A stretch of DNA of 64,000 nucleotides, from sequence record PV400809.1, one strand, 5' to 3'. Of this stretch, positions 38,701 to 48,344 are shown piece after piece. A program made the position numbers and the translations under genes. Under the pieces are notes generated by a model. It was not told the DNA's origin and ran no database searches. It saw nothing but the letters and a program-made list of their open reading frames with translations. Position 1 is the stretch's first letter; each line of letters opens with the position of its first letter.

Positions 38701-39298
38701 CGTCACGGAAGTTCCTGAGCTTCGTAAACGCCTCATTGATCACAACTTCCGATTGATCCTCTAGCTCTGGATCTCGGCTCCGGTAAATGTTCGCCATGGT
38801 GTCCAGGAAGAACGTCAGCTCATACCAATCCCCAATTTCGGTATCGGCTTTATGCAAATGGTATTCGGGAGGCAGAGTGGGTGGAACACCGAAGACCTTC
38901 TCCCACTCAATGGGAATCTTCCCTTCCCGCATTTTTTCCAGCCATTCATCCAGGTTATTACGCGGTACGAACCACGCCCCAATGGTTTGGTAGTCTCCGG
39001 TAACGAAAGCGTTGTTCTGACGAATACTCTCACTTAACCGAATGAAACAACAAACATTCCGACCGCTGATCTCACAGAACGGGATAAAGGCTTCCTCCAA
39101 CCAGTAATCCCGGTTGAGGGTCATCTCAGCACCCCGTTCGTCATACAGCGTGAACAGGCCAGGTTCAGCAAAGAACGGGGACCCATTCGGGATCAACCAA
39201 GGACAGGTCTTATCCTTGATCAGCATTTTCTCCCCGGTGATCTTATTCTCCGGGCGCGTTCCACGAATATCAAATTGAACGATTTTAAACGGATCCAT
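35717..39298 (-). CDS. Large virion tail protein (phiKZ gp145/146-like, paralog 2)
   Basis: NAPHLQTKTNLNLGNLDNF, PPGISGSFEGLGG, C-terminal GIIPVSSGLP. Confidence 0.75.
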   Translation of the reverse strand: MDPFKIVQFDIRGTRPENKITGEKMLIKDKTCPWLIPNGSPFFAEPGLFTLYDERGAEMTLNRDYWLEEAFIPFCEISGRNVCCFIRLSESIRQNNAFVTGDYQTIGAWFVPRNNLDEWLEKMREGKIPIEWEKVFGVPPTLPPEYHLHKADTEIGDWYELTFFLDTMANIYRSRDPELEDQSEVVINEAFTKLRNFRDAQMRRLVEHDKNYNAPHLQTKTNLNLGNLDNFATATPEQDKAGTADNLFSTTLGVKELVRGYTPDTSASMRSGIIAISRFGGTDYIPPGISGSFEGLGGVTPDCAAVLELNDNLVFIRAHYDGRTEGLYYTVVRNHLSLNPDVSFTGYKYQPPSLTAIGFVPNRVFTGSGRTIIMVTRDGTNQVYAALTNGTLDPSAHVFVKCNIDLAIQDLGTSVRLTEWSQIHTLGNWVYLFVTAITEGQWGGWGHSRTRAYRAPLSAIKNGQPLTFSRVKVSLTNVPGALQSNVDYIEFTPAPPDGEFSTYGPITFAPYKAKKGVKGSQRRPLMFFSETSDIGPQYCSMHYFGMMFFTGNINGVDRVTGVYIDCSYDFNPETATFVVVKQPPVQTVDLSKIISKNSTASVHYAGISDVFFNISDHSSHLLLENKVIVGMSRLGLRVSFPGLFSRLQFNKNPNVTASGMLRDYMHADNANFSGVGKWETPSYPIKNGGRVSAVGYELAGEYFWADSAVDNNRSFFYRKVSGEYAVRPGITNSNYPTLSARPISAEVYENRLDRNTSLISVTGSAAFLTAEGIEMGNSCFSVMGMNHFDDLASGVESDTTCPREFTFKAPKGNGIVLSCPRTFSRVMDAGDQTFTLKGESHWGVKRNVMDKLIQLIPDTLREKWAVELMVINPVSGKGFSRMNYVLVLVHTRDIEGGRYVVKSKLLACAPVIGNPVSGVYPIDDLTILDQTAFITTVNNSGAGDEWSDTEADVVACPQVSLYVDEATNTLSGRISSLYNVRGDALGFNKAVLTFSLNKTTQKFSSVTPFNNGEGMSAAWCVQNHAIPKAGLITQQQGYVFEDTGGAGYVGKIGANTYLIGSCYPEVGWTIFFQEEVEMMINGTVYKMPGGSIDLRNVSSNPRNKTFYIYATVEESEGRYIVSDVKLRRSSELLHVATAVTNTNQIASITRQKVFTIGEFLLSYTRTGGIIPVSSGLPQDEGTFSFLKASELLP

Positions 39299-39353
39299 GG
39301 ACTAAACCTTGAAAAGAAGGAGGGAGGGGGGTTAACCCTCTCCCTCCTTGGGT

Positions 39354-42300
39354 TTACGGAAGCATTTCAGAAGAACGTAACCACGGGAGTTGACCTTCAG
39401 CATTCACCAAGCCTGACGACGCCGGGATGCAGTTCCCCCGTTTCGTCTCGGAGATCCGGTTCCCGTTAATCGTAAAGACATTAAACCGTTCAATGGTGAG
39501 GATCTGACGGTCATTCGTAACGGCTCGTCCGACCCACACAATAAACGGTGTCTCAGCTCGTTTCTCCAAAGTCACTTCGTAGCTCGCATTCCCGTTCTTA
39601 AGAACTGCGTACAAATAGAACGTCTTATTAGCGGGATTAGGGACTATTGCCGACAAATCCACGGAGATGGTCTTCAACGTGTAGTTCTGTCCGTTGAAGA
39701 CCACCCTGAGTTCCGATTGGAAGAACAAGTACCAACCGGTAGCGGGGTAAACCGATCCCAACAAGGGGTTATTCACCGACCCTTCAAAGATCGTAGCGGC
39801 TCCCCCAGTGGAAACGTTGTACGCCATTTGGTTAGCTACCCCGTTATCCGGCGTAACGGTCTTGTGGTTAGCACCCCCACTTTGACCGGTAATACCAGGT
39901 ATACATTCAGTCCACCGTTTCGTACTACGGTTCGTATACCGGAACGTCCCAAACGAGGTGAGTGAGTCTCCTGGACCTGCTGCAATGACCCCACTGTCAA
40001 TAAAGCCTTCCAACTCGGTGGCACTCTTGAGGTAATACCCTACCCTCATCGCTCCCCCACCCGATGTGTTAGCTCCCCCGCCCAGGAAAGCATCCCAACT
40101 CGCAGGTGTCAACCCAGTAGCACCCTGCGGATGGACACCATGCACCACATCCAGCACAGTATAATCACTGACCACTCGGGCATTGACGGGTCCGGTATAA
40201 ACCGGGTCGATGACCAAGATTGTCCAGTGACGAGACGTGGTGCCAGGTTCTCCGTAGTTGATGATCATTATCACCGGTAACCAACCGAACTTATCGGTCA
40301 GGAAACCAGTGGGATCACACAGCCCGATAAACATCGCGGGGGAGTTTCTACAGGCAGTCGGATTGGCGACATGGTTTACAAACCGAGCTGTAATGGACGA
40401 TGGGTAGAGAATAGTCCCCGTAGGTACCATGGTCATCGAACCATCCGGATTGATCTGCTGGGTATGTCCTGACATAACCTTGATGTCTTGAGGAAGATTA
40501 CCAGCGGGCCATTCCCCTTCTGCTTTCGACAGGTCTAGGTTCACTTTCTGCGTTCCCATACAGAAGGTGAATTCCCCCAAGTCTGTGTTGTACTGATCCA
40601 ACAGGTTAGAAGGAACTGTCACATAAGCTCCACCCACCTGAGGAGGTCCTTCCACTCGGAAGACCGCGTTACTCAGAGGACGAGAAACAACCTTGTTGAA
40701 GAAGAGGTTAGAGACTTCAGGACGCTCCGCTAACTTCCCAGGGGACTGCCGGTACCACAGTTGGTTGGTAATAACACTCGGTAGGGTATTGGTCCCCGCG
40801 GTATACACGTCCCCTCCATTACCCAACAAGAAGGAACGCGGTTTGATCGAGGAAGCAATCGGGCTGGTAATTTTCTCCGCAATGAGTTGCTGGTTTTCAA
40901 TATCCCCTAAGTCGGTCATCCACGTCCGGTTCATGACGTCATACCGGGACTTGAACGACCTGGGTACTACGTAGAAGGCTGACCGGGGGAACGACTGATA
41001 GGCACCATAGGACGCCACAATCGTCCCATCATCCAGCACTTCCATGCCTTGTTCCGAATCGTTGAACACCAATTGGTTAAGGCGGCGGTTTTTTGGGTCG
41101 CCAGAGGACGGAATGTTCAGGAAATCGATTTCCCTTCGAGGTGTTTGATGGAGGAGGGTCATCACACCGGTTTCAGGGTCCATCTCATACACCATCTCTA
41201 GCGGGAGGTCCCAGGTACCTATTACTCCAGGAACCACGTACCGCCCCCACCAGGCCGCCATAAAGCGTACCAGGTATTTACCCGGCTTGTTCGGAATAGG
41301 GCACACCGCCGTTGGCTGAGAACGGTAAATCCCCGTAAAGGCGAGGTTACTGCTTTGTTTAAAGGTAAAGTAATACCGTTCCCAGGTATCATTGTTATTC
41401 ACCCGCCGATACCCCTGAGGGGTACACCACCGGAAGAACGGTGCGTTATTCCATTGAACACCGTCACCGTCTTTAAAGGTGGGGCGCACCAACGTAGCGG
41501 TTACCGGGATCTGGGCGTTGACATCACTGGTTCTAACCCGGTACAGGTACCGATACCGGTAATCCGTTACACCATCAGCTTGTTCTCCATTCTCCACGTT
41601 GTGGGCGTGGAAGATGTAGATCCAGTTCCCCAGATACGCCACGCTCAAACTTCTGAACCAAGTATTCCAGGAGAAGTTCGGATTGCCATTCCAGGGAGCC
41701 TTTAGCGCATCCAGGTTAATGGGGGTGAGAATGTGTTTAGTGGGATCCAAGGTACCATTGGTCAACCCAATGTAAAACAAGTTCTTGCGAATATCCCCCA
41801 GCATAATGACTTCACGTCCACTCCCTTGGACAATCCGATCACATTCCGCATTATCCGCTAAGAGCAGAGGGTGGGAATAGCGGTAACTGGTATAGACTAA
41901 CCGGGGGTTGGTATAGGGATCTTCCAGAACCGAGTAATACAGTCCGTCAATACGACCATCCATTCGGTTAGACAGAAAGACGATGCTGCCATCTGCTTCC
42001 ATGGTAATGGCTGCACATTCACTCTTACCCCCCAAGCCTTCAAAGGATCCATCAATAGACGGGGGAATGAAGTTCGTGTTACCGAATTGAGCAATGGGAA
42101 GTTTACCGTTCTCAATGAAGTCCTTGGGATTAAAGCCATAGTGGTCAATAATGGCTTGAAGTCCCGATACCGTGAGGTGACGGTCACGTCTACCTTCCAA
42201 GGCACCGGAAGCGGTAGCGGTGGGGAAGTTGTCTACTTTCTCCAATCCCACTTGCAAGGCCGTCAGTCCGTGGCTGTTATAACTCGCTTTATGACGAGCC

Positions 42301-42908
42301 AAGAAATCAGCCAGTGACTTCTTGTAAATCCCCAGGTAATGATTGAACAGTTCAAACGCATGGTCAATCTTAATCTGAAGGTACGGTTTCCCATGCGTTT
42401 CAACCGCGTCAGAGATCATCCCCAAGACTTCAACAAAGTCACCAAAGGCCATGATGTCGTAGAGTAGGCTGTGAGTATGCCACTCCGGTGGGAAGACCAC
42501 GGGTTTGTTCTTGATGTTCTCCCACCAGACCGGACGGTCATCTTCAGAGGCGGCAATCACCATGTGGAGCAGGGTGGTATCAAACAGGCTGAATTCCCCT
42601 ACCACATCGTAATCCAACTTCCCTTCGGTAATCGTAGGGTCCAGCAGTTCGATCATACACGCAACTTTCTGAGCGGTGAGTTCCGTCAACCGAGGCATCA
42701 AGCGATAAATACGGTACTGGGACTCGTCCATGGGTTGACCGTTCGGGAACGTCACTTTCAGGCTGTCTACAAAGAACGGACTGTGGATAGGCACAATAAT
42801 CCGGGACCAGATTCCTGGATCGACTTTAAACGGTTCACCTCGAATTTGGTTCTCCAGGTTATTGTGAACAATATCGGTTTTGTATTCCCGGACGATTGGA
42901 AAATGCAT
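39354..42908 (-). CDS. Large virion tail protein (phiKZ gp145/146-like, paralog 1)
   Basis: SHGLTALQVGLEKVDNF, PPSIDGSFEGLGG, C-terminal GNCIPASSGL. Confidence 0.75.
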   Translation of the reverse strand: MHFPIVREYKTDIVHNNLENQIRGEPFKVDPGIWSRIIVPIHSPFFVDSLKVTFPNGQPMDESQYRIYRLMPRLTELTAQKVACMIELLDPTITEGKLDYDVVGEFSLFDTTLLHMVIAASEDDRPVWWENIKNKPVVFPPEWHTHSLLYDIMAFGDFVEVLGMISDAVETHGKPYLQIKIDHAFELFNHYLGIYKKSLADFLARHKASYNSHGLTALQVGLEKVDNFPTATASGALEGRRDRHLTVSGLQAIIDHYGFNPKDFIENGKLPIAQFGNTNFIPPSIDGSFEGLGGKSECAAITMEADGSIVFLSNRMDGRIDGLYYSVLEDPYTNPRLVYTSYRYSHPLLLADNAECDRIVQGSGREVIMLGDIRKNLFYIGLTNGTLDPTKHILTPINLDALKAPWNGNPNFSWNTWFRSLSVAYLGNWIYIFHAHNVENGEQADGVTDYRYRYLYRVRTSDVNAQIPVTATLVRPTFKDGDGVQWNNAPFFRWCTPQGYRRVNNNDTWERYYFTFKQSSNLAFTGIYRSQPTAVCPIPNKPGKYLVRFMAAWWGRYVVPGVIGTWDLPLEMVYEMDPETGVMTLLHQTPRREIDFLNIPSSGDPKNRRLNQLVFNDSEQGMEVLDDGTIVASYGAYQSFPRSAFYVVPRSFKSRYDVMNRTWMTDLGDIENQQLIAEKITSPIASSIKPRSFLLGNGGDVYTAGTNTLPSVITNQLWYRQSPGKLAERPEVSNLFFNKVVSRPLSNAVFRVEGPPQVGGAYVTVPSNLLDQYNTDLGEFTFCMGTQKVNLDLSKAEGEWPAGNLPQDIKVMSGHTQQINPDGSMTMVPTGTILYPSSITARFVNHVANPTACRNSPAMFIGLCDPTGFLTDKFGWLPVIMIINYGEPGTTSRHWTILVIDPVYTGPVNARVVSDYTVLDVVHGVHPQGATGLTPASWDAFLGGGANTSGGGAMRVGYYLKSATELEGFIDSGVIAAGPGDSLTSFGTFRYTNRSTKRWTECIPGITGQSGGANHKTVTPDNGVANQMAYNVSTGGAATIFEGSVNNPLLGSVYPATGWYLFFQSELRVVFNGQNYTLKTISVDLSAIVPNPANKTFYLYAVLKNGNASYEVTLEKRAETPFIVWVGRAVTNDRQILTIERFNVFTINGNRISETKRGNCIPASSGLVNAEGQLPWLRSSEMLP

Positions 42909-42918
42909 AACCGGCTCC

Positions 42919-43662
42919 TTAATTAAGGTTCAGCGTACCCGCAGCCAGTCGACGGAGGGCTTCCTTCATAACGGCTACAGTGACGACGAGGTTGTCCGAA
43001 TTGCCCGTGATATCATTGACCGTGGCTTTGCCCAAGTTCTCTACATTGTCGAGACCCAGCATTCCCTTATCCGCCCTGTGGGCTTGCGCCAAGTCAGCCG
43101 CTAGGTGTTGTTCCAACAGGGTCTTCAAGGTCGTTGGGGAATCGGAGGTGGTTTGGGTAACCGCTAAGATCAGATCACGCAGGTAATCCATCATCTGAGC
43201 AAAATCATAGACCTGGGCAGCCGGCTGTTCATGAGGATCCGAAGGGAACTCGGTCGGGACATTGACCAGGTTCTCCCAGAGGGCTTCCCGGGGGCTGTTA
43301 ATGATGTTGGCTACCAAGGTAGCGTACGCCACATCATCCAACACGAACGGTCCACCAATGGTGTCATATTCCCCCATCAGGACCACTTCAACCGGTTTCA
43401 GCAGAATCACGGAACTGTACACGTTCTTCTGATAGGTCTTAATAAACCGTTGGAAAGGATGACCAAAGATGAAGTCTTGTCCCGGAAGGAGTGGTTGGTT
43501 ACTCCCTTGACGGTACAGTTTGAAGTTGTGGGCAAAGAAAGGAGCCGCACGGGGAACGAACTCGACGCGGTTGAGATTACCGGAGGTTTTAATGGTTTCG
43601 TTCGTTACTCTGCAATCTACACGTTCTTGGAAGGGGTTCCAACCATAGACGATGTTCGCCAT
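42919..43662 (-). CDS. Virion structural protein (baseplate/tail, phiKZ gp139-like)
   Basis: N-terminus related to the large tail proteins (PRAAPFF…); GMLGLDNVENL motif. Confidence 0.65.
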   Translation of the reverse strand: MANIVYGWNPFQERVDCRVTNETIKTSGNLNRVEFVPRAAPFFAHNFKLYRQGSNQPLLPGQDFIFGHPFQRFIKTYQKNVYSSVILLKPVEVVLMGEYDTIGGPFVLDDVAYATLVANIINSPREALWENLVNVPTEFPSDPHEQPAAQVYDFAQMMDYLRDLILAVTQTTSDSPTTLKTLLEQHLAADLAQAHRADKGMLGLDNVENLGKATVNDITGNSDNLVVTVAVMKEALRRLAAGTLNLN

Positions 43663-43777
43663 TAGAATTTCTCCAAAGTCAATAAATGAGACATTTTATG
43701 ATTAATCCCCTAGAGAGTATAGTACCCATAGGGCCTGTAGGGTAGATTTCATAGAATCGTTAAGGAGTTGAACCCCT

Positions 43778-45019
43778 ATGTACATCTATAAAAGGGCGGT
43801 TGGGATCAACCAAATCTTCCCCCGAGGAGAGGAATTGGTGGATATCGGTGAGATGACCACCAAGGAACTGGTGGCTACGTTTTGTGAATTAAAGATTGTG
43901 GTGAAAGATGGGTTGTATGGCCGGGATGTGGTCATTGACCTGGTAGACTATCATAACCAGTTCCTGTTGTTCGATGGGGTGATCCAACAGTGGTTAGACA
44001 CCCAGATCAATGTCCCCCTTAAGACCAGTAATACCCTCCCCGGCAGTGAGTACCGGTATGTAACAGCTCAAGACATCCAATACAAATGGTTTACCCTGTA
44101 TCCTGGTGACGCTAAGATTGCCAATGATCGCCAGGAACACCTGGACGTTGCGAGCGCACCGGATATTCGGGTTATCAAGACCGATCGAACGGCGGTGGAT
44201 TATAACGCCTTGGTTGAACGGGGGTTGTGGACAATCAATGGAGGGCATTTGGTACGAGCGGTGGCGGATGACCAGGCGGTGTACCTGTTGAACGGTGGGA
44301 AGCACTTCAATGTGAATGACAACATTCATGTGAACTACCTTAACTTCAATACCCTCTCTAAACTCAAGACCTACACCTTCCAAGAGACGGATATCGACTT
44401 TGAGGATCACGACAGTTACAACTTCCTGCACGTACGGTCTCCAGTCAGTCTAAGGAATAAGACAGTCTGGATGAGTATTGGAGGTCGGTTGTACCTGAAT
44501 GACGTGGTACAGGTAATGAGTGACCGTACCTTAACGCTGCGTACGGAGAAGGTGGATTGGTTTTCCGCCCTCTTTATTTCGAAATCGATGATCGACCTCA
44601 GTCGGATCATTGATCCAGAACGTGAAGTCGTGGATAAACGGTTCTTCAGTACAGAGAGCTTCTGGAAGACTCTGTTAACCGATCCCAGTACCTTCCTCAT
44701 CGTACTGGATAATCCCAACCTGTATGTGTCCGTGGAGCCCATCACCACGTACCAGTATCCCTTCACCTACCACACCCATGAAACCCGTTCTATTCCCTTA
44801 ATGGTCAGTAATGGCCTTATTCCCAAGTACTTCACTCGCAAAATCATCAACAGGAGACTTTTAGACATCGACCTAGGCATTCAACGTAAATTCCTCAACA
44901 AGACCACCGGTATTACCAACGGTGGAAACCTTTATCACGGGTATACCAATCGCTTCGAACCCAGTTCGTTGTACAACGGTTACCACCTTTACATTCGAAG
45001 TGTTATTCAAGAGGATTGA
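43778..45019 (+). CDS. Virion structural protein (phiKZ-family)
   Basis: 413 aa, AAGGAG RBS, located in the tail cluster. Confidence 0.65.
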   Translation: MYIYKRAVGINQIFPRGEELVDIGEMTTKELVATFCELKIVVKDGLYGRDVVIDLVDYHNQFLLFDGVIQQWLDTQINVPLKTSNTLPGSEYRYVTAQDIQYKWFTLYPGDAKIANDRQEHLDVASAPDIRVIKTDRTAVDYNALVERGLWTINGGHLVRAVADDQAVYLLNGGKHFNVNDNIHVNYLNFNTLSKLKTYTFQETDIDFEDHDSYNFLHVRSPVSLRNKTVWMSIGGRLYLNDVVQVMSDRTLTLRTEKVDWFSALFISKSMIDLSRIIDPEREVVDKRFFSTESFWKTLLTDPSTFLIVLDNPNLYVSVEPITTYQYPFTYHTHETRSIPLMVSNGLIPKYFTRKIINRRLLDIDLGIQRKFLNKTTGITNGGNLYHGYTNRFEPSSLYNGYHLYIRSVIQED

Positions 45020-45055
45020 CCTGTTATGAACCCAATACCGTTAGGAGGATCCATT

Positions 45056-45517
45056 ATGACATGGATTAGAGACGTGATTCTGATATTGATTCTGGCGGTT
45101 GTCGCGTGGCAGGCCATTGTGCCACGTAACCCCACTATCAGTGTAGAAGCGGTTAATGGGATTCAACGCGTTACCAACCAGTTGCAACGGGTGGCTGACA
45201 ACATGGAAAACAATTCCAATGCCACAGCCGCCTTAACCCAAACCCTCGCCCGTCAGTTGGAACAGCGAACTGAAGAGGACAACTCAGGCTATGCAAAACT
45301 ACTTGAAAAATATGGGGTGGATGTTAATCTGTCTAGTATCCCTGATCCTAGTGGGATGCAGCAACAACCCCAAACTGTCCGAGACCAACTCAATCCTCCA
45401 GGTTCAAGCGGAGCAAGTAAGGATCAACACGTACCGGAAGCAAGTCCTGGCAGCTCAGGAAAGGCTGACCCAAGTGCTCCCTCAACTCAAGAACCCACCC
45501 GCGGAGATGCCTCCTAG
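45056..45517 (+). CDS. Inner-membrane spanin (i-spanin, Rz-like)
   Basis: N-terminal TM VILILILAVVAWQAIV, coiled coil, Pro/Gln-rich tail; AGGAGG RBS; overlaps a lipoprotein gene. Confidence 0.7.
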   Translation: MTWIRDVILILILAVVAWQAIVPRNPTISVEAVNGIQRVTNQLQRVADNMENNSNATAALTQTLARQLEQRTEEDNSGYAKLLEKYGVDVNLSSIPDPSGMQQQPQTVRDQLNPPGSSGASKDQHVPEASPGSSGKADPSAPSTQEPTRGDAS

Positions 45518-45740
45518 TCAGTTAAGTAGTTTAACGACCTTTCTGCTGGAGTATGACTGCTTGGAGAAACCCTCTCGGGAGGCACGAGAGCTCTGTTATC
45601 GAGTTACCCGGGTACTGCTGATCAATACGACCCGGGCGTTGGATGACAGCAACATGAAGTTATACGCCAGCCAGCGTACCATTTCACAGTTGATTGATAA
45701 CATCAATGTGTTAATTGAGAGTTTAGCTCTACCTGAATGA
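45312..45740 (+). CDS. Outer-membrane spanin lipoprotein (o-spanin, Rz1-like)
   Basis: Lipobox LVG-C followed by SNN; starts inside the i-spanin gene in another frame. Confidence 0.7.
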   Translation: MGWMLICLVSLILVGCSNNPKLSETNSILQVQAEQVRINTYRKQVLAAQERLTQVLPQLKNPPAEMPPSQLSSLTTFLLEYDCLEKPSREARELCYRVTRVLLINTTRALDDSNMKLYASQRTISQLIDNINVLIESLALPE

Positions 45741-45754
45741 CAGACGCGTGATAA

Positions 45755-45790
45755 ATCCTACCTGTAGCCCGCAAAGGCTACAGGTAGGAT
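45755..45790. terminator. Bidirectional terminator
   Basis: ATCCTACCTGTAGCC/GGCTACAGGTAGGAT 15-bp stem between convergent genes. Confidence 0.75.
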
Positions 45791-45801
45791 TCCTATTGGG
45801 T

Positions 45802-46173
45802 TTATTCTGTCTTGGGCTTAGGCGCAATGATCTCAGCCACCTTGGTTCTCATTTTGTTACTAAACCCCGATTGAGACATAATAGTCTTTAAGGTACCGTT
45901 AACGTTCATCCACCCCCATGCACAGATCACCGGCCCCACCATCATGATGAACATACTCATCTCACTGGGCCATTTACCATTGGTGGTTACTGACAGGTAA
46001 ATAGTAAACGAGTTAATCAGTGCCGTTAAACACACCACCAACACGGAAAGGATACCACCGAGGTTAATCAACAATACTTTCCATTTACCAAAGATCTCCC
46101 GTTCCACTCCTCCTTCAACAGGAGGAGAATTGGCGGGTAGCTCTGGGTCATCGTCTTGAGTTGTTTCAGTCAT
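45802..46173 (-). CDS. Holin-like two-TM membrane protein
   Basis: Two hydrophobic segments, basic C-terminus, adjacent to spanins; start MTETTQ after GAGGTG. Confidence 0.5.
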   Translation of the reverse strand: MTETTQDDDPELPANSPPVEGGVEREIFGKWKVLLINLGGILSVLVVCLTALINSFTIYLSVTTNGKWPSEMSMFIMMVGPVICAWGWMNVNGTLKTIMSQSGFSNKMRTKVAEIIAPKPKTE

Positions 46174-46177
46174 ACGT

Positions 46178-46768
46178 TCACCTCTCTGAGACACCGTAAT
46201 GCCGGGCGATCTGCTCACACCGATAGAGGCCGATAGCGACACTGTCAGCGGAGTGCTCATCCAGAACCGTCAAATCAATCTCACCAGCGTCTAACCACGG
46301 ATAGTCCATCACCCCTTTATGAACATCCTCCTTCTTACTCCCACTGAAATCTGCACCCACCACGGCTTTAGCTAAACGAGGGAGGAGATACGACAAATGA
46401 ATACCGTGGGTAACGAAGGTTTCACGTAACAAGGAGACCACTTGAATCAACTGCTTAAATGTAAGCGGAGACATACCGAGGAAGTTATCCTCACAGATCC
46501 CACTGTCGGGTTCGAAGATAGCTAACAGTTGACTTAAACTGCGCGCCATACCGTAACTTCTTGCCGCAATACCAGTGTCCGCGCGATCATCAAATTGTGC
46601 TGGAATGTCAAACAACAACTTATTACCAAAGATCGTGTTCGCGTAAATCAACTTAAACGGTTCAGCTTTAGCAATATTGATGTCGAAGACACTCACCCCC
46701 ATACAGGTAGTGGACGGATCTATGGCTAAGACCCGTACACTATCAGAGGGCTTTAGGACGCAAAGCAC
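46178..46768 (-). CDS. ruvC: RuvC-like Holliday junction resolvase
   Basis: VLAIDPST, ICED, K..V.G, DEHSADSVAIG. Confidence 0.85.
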   Translation of the reverse strand: MLCVLKPSDSVRVLAIDPSTTCMGVSVFDINIAKAEPFKLIYANTIFGNKLLFDIPAQFDDRADTGIAARSYGMARSLSQLLAIFEPDSGICEDNFLGMSPLTFKQLIQVVSLLRETFVTHGIHLSYLLPRLAKAVVGADFSGSKKEDVHKGVMDYPWLDAGEIDLTVLDEHSADSVAIGLYRCEQIARHYGVSER

Positions 46769-47385
46769 ACGTAACAGGCGGGGTGGGCGTAGGGTAGGTA
46801 AATCACCACGATGAACTCAGACACAAGATCATTCAACATGAACTTGGACGGAGCCCATTGGGCGTCACCACGATATGCCACGTGGAATGCCGTCACAGAG
46901 CGTGGAAGGTCCGCACTCCAGTTATTGGTCCACCGACCACCCGCAATGTTGTACTGATTCAACAGAGTGGCCATCCGTTTGGCATAATCCATCGGATCAG
47001 GGGTCATGGGCGGCGGCGCGTCGGTAATATACCGCAGCCAATCCAGCTCTGTGACGCTCCCCACAAACTCCGGTGGACCCGCCCAGATGATGTTCTCATC
47101 GGCATTCACGACCGCCGCCATGGGATTGACCAGGGTGGTGTCGTCCAGCGGCTTACGTGCAACACCCGCTTTGTTGACGAAATGCACCACAACCTCACCC
47201 GTCACAGGGTCGAGCAGGTCCAGAATGACTTTATCACCATCAACGATGGCTTGGGCTTCCTTGAAGTCTTCCGGTTTCAGGGTGGTTTGATAGAAGGCGT
47301 TGGCTATCTCAATTGCCTGACCTGCCGTCATATTCTCAACCAGTGGAAGGTGAACTTCTCCTTTTAGTATGGCTGGGATTTCCAT
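46753..47385 (-). CDS. Hypothetical (probable virion) protein
   Basis: 210 aa in the late operon, AAGGA RBS. Confidence 0.65.
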   Translation of the reverse strand: MEIPAILKGEVHLPLVENMTAGQAIEIANAFYQTTLKPEDFKEAQAIVDGDKVILDLLDPVTGEVVVHFVNKAGVARKPLDDTTLVNPMAAVVNADENIIWAGPPEFVGSVTELDWLRYITDAPPPMTPDPMDYAKRMATLLNQYNIAGGRWTNNWSADLPRSVTAFHVAYRGDAQWAPSKFMLNDLVSEFIVVIYLPYAHPACYVCFAS

Positions 47386-47388
47386 GGG

Positions 47389-48336
47389 TCAGTTTCCTTG
47401 TCCAGTTGGGGGTTGAGTTGAATTGGTATGCAAGAGCATGGGTGCGCTTGCACCGTGGTCAAACGCAAGCTGGATCTTGATGTTAGAGAGCGCATTGCGG
47501 CCATCACGTTCAGTCATGTAGTGGGCAAAGACTGCACTCATGACCTCGGTATACTGGATAGTCGCGCCTCCAGCAATCTCCCCACGGAATTGAGTATCAA
47601 TCCCATAAGCAACACCCACTTCGTTAATGGATGCGTATCCCGCATCCCCGTAGTAGATTTTGCAGGCTTGTGAAATCTCACGCAAATCAGATTGAGTCAA
47701 CGAACAGTCCAAAATAGCCGAACTGTTAATGTACTCATTGCTGACAGGAATGTTACCCTCACTGGTAAAGTCAACCGGTTGTGGGTTATCCAGGTCGTCT
47801 TTACGGTGAATGTAAGGTTTAACATCCTCCAGACCGGTTACAGGATCACGAGTGATCTTGTTTTCGGTTGGATTATAGTTATCGAAATTAACCAACTTCA
47901 ACCAATAGAACTCGTAAGGAATACCGTTTCTAGCCTCCACGGTCCTCATACGAAACTTCTCGCGGTTAAGGTTGTCCAAAGGGGCGTCCAAAGGACGTGC
48001 AATAAAGGGAACGGGTGTAAACAGGTTCATGTCAATCGGTTGGTGTTGGTTCACCTTCAATCGACTGACCCCCCGACTGTCTTTACCATCACAGTTGGAT
48101 CCCCTTACACCAATCCCGAAATACTTCAAGTAGAAATCTCGGGAATTCTTACTTCCCAGGGATTCTTCAGCCAGAATACCATAATGCTCATTGAGCGTGG
48201 TGTACTTGGGAATGGTAATCGGTTGACCAGTGACGATACATTTCGCGATCAGATTACCCATGGAGGTATTCGTGGTCGTCTGAGCGGGAACCTCAGATCG
48301 ATTCTGATCCTGGAGTTCATTAGCAGAAAGTGCCAT
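47389..48336 (-). CDS. Virion structural protein (phiKZ-family baseplate-associated)
   Basis: 315 aa; LKYFGIG and PFIARPLD…L pattern recalled from phiKZ-like structural proteins. Confidence 0.6.
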   Translation of the reverse strand: MALSANELQDQNRSEVPAQTTTNTSMGNLIAKCIVTGQPITIPKYTTLNEHYGILAEESLGSKNSRDFYLKYFGIGVRGSNCDGKDSRGVSRLKVNQHQPIDMNLFTPVPFIARPLDAPLDNLNREKFRMRTVEARNGIPYEFYWLKLVNFDNYNPTENKITRDPVTGLEDVKPYIHRKDDLDNPQPVDFTSEGNIPVSNEYINSSAILDCSLTQSDLREISQACKIYYGDAGYASINEVGVAYGIDTQFRGEIAGGATIQYTEVMSAVFAHYMTERDGRNALSNIKIQLAFDHGASAPMLLHTNSTQPPTGQGN

Positions 48337-48344
48337 GGTAATTC

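Noticed and set aside
31733-45059. TATG at several late-gene start codons read as late promoters
   Set aside because: These genes have normal RBSs, and a T before ATG is common by chance
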